Positions 35,720 to 42,405 of a DNA stretch of 64,000 nucleotides are shown piece by piece. Below the pieces are notes generated by a model, which did no database searches, was not told the DNA's origin, and saw only the letters and a list, made by a program, of their open reading frames with translations. The stretch comes from Patescibacteria group bacterium (GTDB taxonomy: Bacteria; Patescibacteriota; Patescibacteriia; Patescibacteriales; UBA12465). Numbering within the stretch: the first letter of the stretch is position 1; every line of letters begins with the position of its first letter. Made by a program: the position numbers and the translations under genes. The DNA is taken from positions 13,824 through 77,823 of the forward strand of contig JBMOHE010000002.1 of the NCBI GenBank assembly GCA_049318005.1. The letters are read 5' to 3'.

Positions 35720-37042
35720 TTATATTACCACCCCCAAAAAAGGAATAGCTAATCTTTTCCTGGCCGTCTCTCCTTGGAAAAGATTATCCTTGCGCTCGGC
35801 TGCTATTTGACGATCTCCTTTGTGCTGATTCTTACTCATAGCCGATAAACTAGAGCCAAGAAATAAAGTGTGTTTACCGTAACGTTTAGAAATACCGTCA
35901 ACGCTACCAAATATTTTAGAAATCTTCTCAGCCATAACTACTTCATTAAACAAATCGGCCTGCCTTGATACATTCTCAACTAAATCAATTAAAACTATGC
36001 CGCTAGCTCTAAATAGCTTACCAGCTGAGAATACTGAGTCAAAATACTTATCAATCATTTTAATAATCTCAACCGGATTATCAGTCGGGCGAACAAGTTT
36101 AAACTCATAACCTTGGCAAGCAAAATCTTGAGTCTTTAAAAAGAAGAACACCTTCTTGGCGGCTAACTTATAGCGTCGTAATTTAATACAAGAGTTCTCG
36201 GTATTTTTAGAAAGCTGACTAAAAACATACTCTCTATCGTTAGATGGCGGAGTAAACGTCTTAGTCTTGCTTATCGATTGATAGCTACTCTTTTTCCCGG
36301 GATCAACTTTATAAATCATCTGCCCTCTTAACTCCTGCCATATTTCTTGATGCGGTTTAGTTAATTTATTTTTAATCCAATCCTCATCTTTTTCAGCAAA
36401 TTGCAGAGCAGTAGTAATTCCCAGTTTATTTAAATAAGCAGTCGTCTGCGGCCCAATACCCCAAACAGATTCAATTTTTAACTTGCCAAGGTAACTATTG
36501 ATTTCATTACTAGGAATAATAGTTAAACCGGACGGCTTCTTCCATTTAGAACCTAACTTAGCTAGAACTTTAGTCGGCGCTAAGCCAACCGAGAAAGTAA
36601 AACCTAATTCACTGTCTAAGGTAGCTTTAATCTTCTCGGCCATCTTCTCGTAAGACATCTTATTAGGCCTCTGCAGTCCCGTTAAATCCGCAAAGCATTC
36701 ATCAATACTATATTCTTCAACATCTGGCGTAAAGCGCCTAACTATACTAAACATCCTTAGAGAATAAAGACTATAGGTCTCATAATCAGAGGGTAAAAAT
36801 ATTACATCAGGGCAAATCTTTTTCACCTCTCTCGGCGACATCGCTCTTTTAACTCCTCTAGCTTTTGCTTCGTACGTTAAGGAAGAAACAATGCCACGTT
36901 CTAAACCAGTTACTACCGGCTTTCCTTTTAACTCAGGATGACGAGCAACTTCGCAGGAAGCAAAAAAAGAATCCGCATCGATATGCAAAATCGCCTGCGG
37001 AAATGATGACAAACTATAAGACATATTAATATTTTCTAACAA
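35720..37042 (-). CDS. dinB: Y-family DNA polymerase (DinB/UmuC-like)
   Basis: ILHIDADSFFASCEV, SIDECFADLTG, HhH GIGPQT; 17-nt overlap with the upstream lexA-like gene. Confidence 0.9.
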   Translation of the reverse strand: MLENINMSYSLSSFPQAILHIDADSFFASCEVARHPELKGKPVVTGLERGIVSSLTYEAKARGVKRAMSPREVKKICPDVIFLPSDYETYSLYSLRMFSIVRRFTPDVEEYSIDECFADLTGLQRPNKMSYEKMAEKIKATLDSELGFTFSVGLAPTKVLAKLGSKWKKPSGLTIIPSNEINSYLGKLKIESVWGIGPQTTAYLNKLGITTALQFAEKDEDWIKNKLTKPHQEIWQELRGQMIYKVDPGKKSSYQSISKTKTFTPPSNDREYVFSQLSKNTENSCIKLRRYKLAAKKVFFFLKTQDFACQGYEFKLVRPTDNPVEIIKMIDKYFDSVFSAGKLFRASGIVLIDLVENVSRQADLFNEVVMAEKISKIFGSVDGISKRYGKHTLFLGSSLSAMSKNQHKGDRQIAAERKDNLFQGETARKRLAIPFLGVVI

Positions 37043-37592
37043 CTGCTTTAACTACCGCAGCAATCTTTAATTCCTCAGTCGGATAAATATTTGAAAACTT
37101 TTTATTAGCCGGCTCTAAATAAAATTCTTTACCATTTTTACGTAAATATTTTATAGTCCATTGATTATCAATTTCAGCAATTACTATATCACCGTCAGTC
37201 GCCGTTGAGCTTCTATCAACCAAAACCATATCGCCAGGCATAATGCCAGCATCTTTCATTGAGTCGCCGCTAACCTTTAACATATAAGTAGCTTCTTTAT
37301 TTTTTATAAGATACTCATCCATACTCATAGTATCAGCCAATTCTTCTTCGGCCGGAGATGGAAAGCCAGCTTCAACCTGCCCCAAGACTCTTAATTCTCC
37401 ATAGAGATGTTTTGGAATTAATTTCCCTTTCTCGTCTTTAGTTAAAAAATTATCCTCTTTTAATTTATTAACTAATTTAAAAACAGCGTTCTTAGATTTA
37501 AAACTTAAGAGCGCCATGATTTCGCCATAGTTGGGCATGCGTCTATTTTTTTGATAGAAACGAATAATTTGTTTTTTATACTTCTCTAGCAT
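37026..37592 (-). CDS. lexA: LexA-like repressor (wHTH plus S24 peptidase)
   Basis: N-terminal wHTH, cleavage-site-like VEAGFPSP, Ser-Lys dyad blocks SGDSMKDAGI and IKYLRK. Confidence 0.85.
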   Translation of the reverse strand: MLEKYKKQIIRFYQKNRRMPNYGEIMALLSFKSKNAVFKLVNKLKEDNFLTKDEKGKLIPKHLYGELRVLGQVEAGFPSPAEEELADTMSMDEYLIKNKEATYMLKVSGDSMKDAGIMPGDMVLVDRSSTATDGDIVIAEIDNQWTIKYLRKNGKEFYLEPANKKFSNIYPTEELKIAAVVKAVVRKY

Positions 37593-37612
37593 ATGTTTTT
37601 ATATATAAATAT

Positions 37613-37641
37613 AGTATAGTAAACATTCGTTCACCTGTAAA
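37613..37641 (-). promoter_or_regulatory. lexA-dinB promoter with SOS (Cheo-type) box in the spacer
   Basis: Minus strand TTTACA-GGTGAACGAATGTTTAC-TATACT; box GAACGAATGTTT (37621-37632) is GAAC-N4-GTTC with one mismatch. Confidence 0.6.
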
Positions 37642-37652
37642 GCAAAAGTAAT

Positions 37653-37683
37653 AAAAAAACCCTGCAACATTTAAGTTACAGGG
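37653..37683 (-). terminator. Intrinsic terminator upstream of the lexA promoter
   Basis: Minus strand CCCTGTAAC-TTAAAT-GTTGCAGGG then TTTTTTT. Confidence 0.7.
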
Positions 37684-37717
37684 CTAATGCGATATTAAGG
37701 TATTATCCATAGAGATA

Positions 37718-37921
37718 TTACCCATATAGTTGATTCAGAAAATGCTCCTCAACTATGTCCACCTGACTTTCAAGTTCTGGATTAGCTTTAAGAAGCTCTT
37801 GAACCTCTTTCTCGTATACACGATGCTCTTCTTCAGCCTTTGTATTACCAAAGCTTGCTCTTTTCCAGGCTTTTTCTCTTTTACCAATTAACGTGTGCAG
37901 TTGCATTCTTGGAGTATCCAT
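37718..37921 (-). CDS. Hypothetical small protein (67 aa)
   Basis: Monocistronic: consensus promoter upstream and terminator downstream. Confidence 0.5.
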   Translation of the reverse strand: MDTPRMQLHTLIGKREKAWKRASFGNTKAEEEHRVYEKEVQELLKANPELESQVDIVEEHFLNQLYG

Positions 37922-37967
37922 TATTTCGTGTTTTTTTAATGTTCGACAATCAAATTTAACTAAAATT

Positions 37968-37996
37968 ATTATATCACATATTTAAATATTTGTCAA
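37968..37996 (-). promoter_or_regulatory. Consensus sigma-70 promoter
   Basis: Minus strand TTGACA-17 nt-TATAAT, preceded by an A/T-rich TTTTTTATTATA UP-like tract. Confidence 0.65.
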
Positions 37997-38002
37997 TATA
38001 AT

Positions 38003-38030
38003 AAAAAACCCGTTCGTTTTATTGAACGGG
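38003..38030 (-). terminator. Intrinsic terminator after the HD gene
   Basis: Minus strand CCCGTTC-AATAAAAC-GAACGGG then TTTTTT. Confidence 0.7.
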
Positions 38031-38061
38031 CTAATATAAAGTTAGTGGCTTCTACTTGTAT

Positions 38062-38703
38062 TTAAGAATAAAGATTGTTAATTGCTTTCTCAATATTTTC
38101 TCTCGCTGTTTTTTCATACTTCTCTTGAAAAAATTCAGTTAGATAAATACTTGGCCTATCCAAAAACGATTGCAAGATATTTGATCTACCACTATTAAAC
38201 GCATTTTCCGGGGCAAAAGAATATTCTTCCCGTACTAATTTATTAGTTTCTTTAAATTTATCAGCCGAACCAATATTAGATATATCGATATCTAACATTA
38301 ACTTCGCATCAAAACTCTTAGGAACTTCAAGGTGTTTTGTAGCGATTATTATATCACGAACTTTCGTAATTAAGTCTTCAGCTAATAAGAAGTCTCTCAT
38401 TACTCCTTCAACTAAATCAGCGCTGCGTTCTTCATTATCATTAGCACCAATATCATAGATTGCATCATGATACCAAATAGCTAGCGCTAGAACACTTGGT
38501 TCTTCGGTCCATAACCAAACTGAGTTAAGCTCCGCCAAGCAGTGATTAATGTGCCCAAGGTTATGATATTTACGATGCGGCTCATTATAACGTTCTAAAA
38601 GATCTATGTAGGCATTAAAAATCTTGTCGACGGAGCAAACGCCTAATCCACGCCAAAGCCTTAACCAATGCCTTTTGTCGCAAAAATTTATACAATTCTC
38701 CAT
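38062..38703 (-). CDS. HD-superfamily metal-dependent phosphohydrolase-like protein
   Basis: H...HD pattern: YHNLGHINH and AIWYHDAIYD. Confidence 0.65.
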   Translation of the reverse strand: MENCINFCDKRHWLRLWRGLGVCSVDKIFNAYIDLLERYNEPHRKYHNLGHINHCLAELNSVWLWTEEPSVLALAIWYHDAIYDIGANDNEERSADLVEGVMRDFLLAEDLITKVRDIIIATKHLEVPKSFDAKLMLDIDISNIGSADKFKETNKLVREEYSFAPENAFNSGRSNILQSFLDRPSIYLTEFFQEKYEKTARENIEKAINNLYS

Positions 38704-38826
38704 TAATTTAATGTTTTAAAAGTTCAAAACAAATTTTAACTATCAAAGTAAAATACCACGAGGCATGCTTTTTGTCAATGTAATAAAAAAGCTCAATCTT
38801 GCGAAAGAGCTGTTGACTTGAATAAT

Positions 38827-39201
38827 TTATTTAACGCTTAATACGCTTAGCATGCGTTCAATAATCACATCAAATTCTTTTTGCTTTTTGCGATCAAAAT
38901 TGCTGCAATAGAATTGGGATGGGTTCTTAGCGTCTCTTTTTAATAACAAGCTTTTTTCTTTTTTTGAATCTTTAATACCGTAGCGAATACGAATTATAGA
39001 ATCACCCTGAACAGTCATTGCCATAATTAACTGCCTGTTACTGTCATAACGATAATAACTTTGCTCTCTGGCTCCATCTTTCGAAAAATAGTCAGAGAAT
39101 TTACTCGCGTCTACATAAACCGGTTTTTTAGCGTAGCCAGAAGCAGGTAAACATAAAAATGCGACAAGCAAAATACTTTTAAAAAGGACTAACTTTTTCA
39201 T
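38827..39201 (-). CDS. Secreted hypothetical protein (124 aa)
   Basis: Signal peptide MKKLVLFKSILLVAFLCLPASGYA; candidate promoter TTGACG-17-TATTAT at 39257-39285. Confidence 0.55.
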   Translation of the reverse strand: MKKLVLFKSILLVAFLCLPASGYAKKPVYVDASKFSDYFSKDGAREQSYYRYDSNRQLIMAMTVQGDSIIRIRYGIKDSKKEKSLLLKRDAKNPSQFYCSNFDRKKQKEFDVIIERMLSVLSVK

Positions 39202-39324
39202 GATGAATATAGTTTTTGTGTGAATAATAATATTTTAAAGACCAATACCTACTCTTATAATAAAATAATTTATGCTTTTCGTCAATTTTGTATGATTTGA
39301 GTTTAATATTTAAATATATGCCAC

Positions 39325-39756
39325 TTACCAATCTTTAGCACATTCAATATATTTCTCACCAATATCATATTTCTGTTTTTTATAGAAATCCAAGGTTTTC
39401 TTATTATTAGTAGCTGCATAAAGAACTGTCCAGGAGCAGCCATCTTGCTTAGCATTTTTTTCAAATTCTTTGAGCAGTTTTTTACCTATTCCCTGACCCC
39501 TAAATTTTTTATCTACCACAATTACCCAAACAATAGAACCGGCGGCTTTTAACTTCTCACCAAAAATTAGACCAATAACTTTTTTATCTTCTTCGGCGAT
39601 TAAAAAATAATTCTTGTTTAGAAGATGCTTAAGATGGCCAACAGTAAAATGTCCGCCGTTAGGATAAAATAATTCCGGAGAGTTACATAAATCTTCACAC
39701 TGTTTTAAGTCAATTGTTTTGCATGGCTTAATATTCATAATCCTCATATTACTCAT
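39325..39756 (-). CDS. GNAT family N-acetyltransferase
   Basis: VVDKKFRGQGIGKKLLKEFE acetyl-CoA motif. Confidence 0.8.
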   Translation of the reverse strand: MSNMRIMNIKPCKTIDLKQCEDLCNSPELFYPNGGHFTVGHLKHLLNKNYFLIAEEDKKVIGLIFGEKLKAAGSIVWVIVVDKKFRGQGIGKKLLKEFEKNAKQDGCSWTVLYAATNNKKTLDFYKKQKYDIGEKYIECAKDW

Positions 39757-39841
39757 AAATTATATCAAATTTTTTTGGAAATAAAAAACCCTGAAACTGC
39801 ATTAGTCCCAGGGATTAATTTTTACGATTTTATCGTTTCTC

Positions 39842-40303
39842 TTACTTAATAAGGCCGATTTTTTTCGCGCACCGAATGGACATACAATATCCATTAGTGT
39901 ATTTAAATTCCGAAAGAGTTCTGGCTTCAGGATCAACAACGAATGCCCAGGCATCAATACACATTTCAACCAGTGCGGATTTTCTCAAATTTTTCAAAGC
40001 ATTATTTAGTGACCAGCGCCAACTATTTGCTAATAGATTTTCTGCCACATATTCTTGAAAGCGAATAATATCTCCCTCCACTTCCAAGGCCTGTTCGCAA
40101 ACCGGAGTAAACGTATGACATTCATCTAAGCGTTTTTGGGTAATAATGTCTTCAAAAAGACTTCTTTTCATTGACCAACTATTACCATGCTTGGTAAATA
40201 TCTTAATGATAATATCCAACATGCCGTCATTTTCGACGCTATAAAAAAATTTTTGATTCCAGCCCGTTTTTACATTACTCGGACTATTGCTTTGCATCTT
40301 CAT
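39842..40303 (-). CDS. Hypothetical protein (153 aa)
   Basis: Long ORF, no recognised motif. Confidence 0.5.
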   Translation of the reverse strand: MKMQSNSPSNVKTGWNQKFFYSVENDGMLDIIIKIFTKHGNSWSMKRSLFEDIITQKRLDECHTFTPVCEQALEVEGDIIRFQEYVAENLLANSWRWSLNNALKNLRKSALVEMCIDAWAFVVDPEARTLSEFKYTNGYCMSIRCAKKIGLIK

Positions 40304-40336
40304 CTTTTACTAGTATTTGATTGTTGTTAATGTAAT

Positions 40337-40360
40337 AAAAAAACATACCATATGGTATGT
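40337..40360 (-). terminator. Intrinsic terminator following repeat copy R1
   Basis: Perfect palindrome ACATACCATATGGTATGT followed on the minus strand by TTTTTTT. Confidence 0.7.
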
Positions 40361-40376
40361 CTTTTGTCAATACTTC

Positions 40377-40453
40377 TCCGCGAACTGAATCTTATTAGAG
40401 CTTGTTTAATTAGTTAATTTTACCCCCAGGGTAACTCACTATATATTAGTCAC
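40377..40453 (-). repeat. Copy R1 of a ~70-nt 3'-flank element (orphan copy)
   Basis: TCCGCGAACTGAATCTTATTAGAGCTTGTTTAATTAGTTAATTTTACCCCCAGGGTAACTCACTAT aligns along its length with 42337-42405 and 48951-49020. Confidence 0.75.
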
Positions 40454-40555
40454 GATAGCGTAACCGCTTTTGGTTTCGCTAGCAATATAGAGAGAGGTGG
40501 TAAAAATAAAAAAGAGAGGTCTATTGCTAGCCTCCCTGATTTTAATTTTAATTAA

Positions 40556-40810
40556 TCATAAATTACCAAGCGCTTTTCCTAATTTATCCAATTGATCTTT
40601 GCTATACCCAGCCTGAGTAAAAGAATTAGGATTGTCAAAGTCTGATGGATGAGATATATGACGGATATGATACCCCTGGCCACCACAATCCGTACAAGTT
40701 TGTTTTCCGCTTCCATACTTTTTCCAGGAAGAAGTGTCTCCGCATATCCATTCAAAATTTCTTTCTTTACCTGATCCATTACAGGTAGTACAAGTTACCT
40801 TTTTTTCCAT
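40556..40810 (-). CDS. Small DnaJ-type zinc-finger protein (84 aa)
   Basis: CTTCNGSGK...CTDCGGQG (two CxxCxGxG motifs). Confidence 0.6.
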   Translation of the reverse strand: MEKKVTCTTCNGSGKERNFEWICGDTSSWKKYGSGKQTCTDCGGQGYHIRHISHPSDFDNPNSFTQAGYSKDQLDKLGKALGNL

Positions 40811-40879
40811 GACAGTGTTTTTTACAAGATTAATACTAATACGTTTTTTAACGATTTAATAACAAATTAACCAAAATAA

Positions 40880-41068
40880 TTACTGTGTGTAGTCAGTGTA
40901 AGTAGTGCTTACTGTGACTTTACGACGACCATCACATTCTGTACAAGTAACTTGTTTTGGTTTCTCATCCCAATAACGGCCACCAAAGCTGTAATGCCAG
41001 TTAGATATTTTACCTACACCATTACAACGTGAGCAATTTTCTTCTGTAACAACCAACTTTTGTCTCAT
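40880..41068 (-). CDS. Small zinc-finger protein (62 aa), paralogue-like of the 84-aa protein
   Basis: CSRCNGVGK...CTECDGRRK. Confidence 0.55.
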   Translation of the reverse strand: MRQKLVVTEENCSRCNGVGKISNWHYSFGGRYWDEKPKQVTCTECDGRRKVTVSTTYTDYTQ

Positions 41069-41169
41069 CTTATTTGCTTTTTAAATTAGTACTTATTAAA
41101 TTTTTAAAGTTCTATTAGCTATTAACAAATTATTTTAATACAAATATTGAATAATGTCAAACAAAATTA

Positions 41170-41198
41170 TTGACTAATTACAGATAATGAATTATATT
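41170..41198 (+). promoter_or_regulatory. Sigma-70 promoter for the plus-strand trio 41269-42125
   Basis: TTGACT-17 nt-TATATT. Confidence 0.55.
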
Positions 41199-41268
41199 AA
41201 ATAGTTGAGTTATATAAATAAAACTTACAAATTTAACTAGTTTTTTTAACAATTAAATACTTATTAAA

Positions 41269-41733
41269 ATGGAAAGAGTAATTGTAGATTTTAGTGTAGA
41301 TTATAGTATTTCACTTGAAGACATGATTGACGATAGCTCATTCGTGTCACAAGGCAGCGGAGCTCATTGCCTAAAAGAAATTGATTGTGATTTATTTACT
41401 CACCCTAATGAATTAGATGGCAATACAGATTATCTTGAAGGGACACTATTCAGTTTTTATCACTCAGCTCACGGTATGCATGTAATTCCAGAAGAAAGAA
41501 TTATCGAAGAAATGGAGCGCGAGGGGTATCGACCAGCTAACGTAGCCGAACTTTTAGCTTATTGCCAAGCTGCTTTAGATGATAATTTTTTAGAAGAAGG
41601 CTGTATTATGGCAGTAGGACAAAACGAAACTGAGGCAAGAAGTACTCGGTGGCCATGTATTAACTTGGAGGAAAAAACTATTTTTACTGATCTTAATTTG
41701 TATTATAAACATAGTTTTCTGGGCGTAAGATAG
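41269..41733 (+). CDS. Hypothetical acidic protein (154 aa)
   Basis: Long ORF downstream of the promoter; no motif recognised. Confidence 0.5.
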   Translation: MERVIVDFSVDYSISLEDMIDDSSFVSQGSGAHCLKEIDCDLFTHPNELDGNTDYLEGTLFSFYHSAHGMHVIPEERIIEEMEREGYRPANVAELLAYCQAALDDNFLEEGCIMAVGQNETEARSTRWPCINLEEKTIFTDLNLYYKHSFLGVR

Positions 41734-41765
41734 AATAAAACATTAATAATTTAAAAAGGTAAGCA

Positions 41766-41993
41766 ATGAAAACAGTTATTGTAGTAATTGACAAAGTTAC
41801 CATGGAACCAATTCCTGGTAAACGTATTGTACTGGGATTTTCCTGGGGTATGAGTAAAACAGTTTATACCGATGATGACGGTGAGGCTGAAATCGAACAC
41901 ACTAGTTCAGCAATGGCAGAAGTTTATATTAACGGCACTTATGTCGACAAAATACAAACTCCGACCAGAAAAAAGTTTTATGTGAAAAATTAA
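41766..41993 (+). CDS. Hypothetical small beta-rich protein (75 aa)
   Basis: SD-like AAAGGTAAG upstream; same transcription unit. Confidence 0.5.
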   Translation: MKTVIVVIDKVTMEPIPGKRIVLGFSWGMSKTVYTDDDGEAEIEHTSSAMAEVYINGTYVDKIQTPTRKKFYVKN

Positions 41994-42013
41994 TAACCGT
42001 TTAAAAAACAGAT

Positions 42014-42125
42014 CATGGACACTAAAAACAGCTACTGCCCAAGATGCAGTAAGGTTACCAGTCAAACAAAAGTTAGCAAAAACACAATGGATTATCGTTG
42101 TGATGACTGCGGAAGAGTTTCTTAA
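42014..42125 (+). pseudogene. Frameshifted zinc-ribbon mini-gene (CPRC...CDDC)
   Basis: ATG 42014 reads MDTKNSYCPRCSKVTRSNKS*; the second Cys pair (MDYRCDDCGRVS*) is in the +1 frame; removing one G of CCAGG at 42057-42061 gives one 36-aa ORF. Confidence 0.4.
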
Positions 42126-42145
42126 GAGTAAAGTAAATAATTAAA

Positions 42146-42180
42146 ACCGCATTTATGAAAATTAAATGCGGTCTTTTTTT
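42146..42180 (+). terminator. Intrinsic terminator of the plus-strand unit
   Basis: ACCGCATTTA-TGAAAAT-TAAATGCGGT (10-bp perfect stem) then CTTTTTTT. Confidence 0.85.
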
Positions 42181-42299
42181 ATTAAAAAAGGAGACTCAAC
42201 TATAAAAAATTTACTATTTTACTTTTTAAAATACTTATATTTCAGTCACAATAACGTCACACTTTGATATTTTAGGCAGTGTATTTTACGTGTTTACAA

Positions 42300-42326
42300 C
42301 AAAAAATAGGCTAATGTTAGCCTATT
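42300..42326 (-). terminator. Intrinsic terminator after repeat copy R2
   Basis: Minus strand AATAGGCTAACATTAGCCTATTTTTT. Confidence 0.65.
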
Positions 42327-42336
42327 TAATGTTTGC

Positions 42337-42405
42337 TCCGCGAACTGAAGCTTATTAGAACCTGTTTGATGAGTTAATCATACCCCATGGTAACTCACTA
42401 TGTGT
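42337..42405 (-). repeat. Copy R2 of the ~70-nt 3'-flank element, directly after the giant-gene stop codon
   Basis: TCCGCGAACTGAAGCTTATTAGAACCTGTTTGATGAGTTAATCATACCCCATGGTAACTCACTATG. Confidence 0.8.

Noticed and set aside
40377-40453. The R repeats as integron attC sites
   Set aside because: The hairpin arms read GAGTTA...TAACTC (GTTA before TAAC), the opposite order to RYYYAAC...GTTRRRY. No intI is present, and the neighbouring genes carry their own promoters.
42361-42380. TTGATGAG inside repeat R2, resembling the hammerhead CUGAUGA core
   Set aside because: The motif is not conserved in R1 (TTAATTAG) or R3 (TTGAGGAG), and no matching GAAA or stem arrangement was found.
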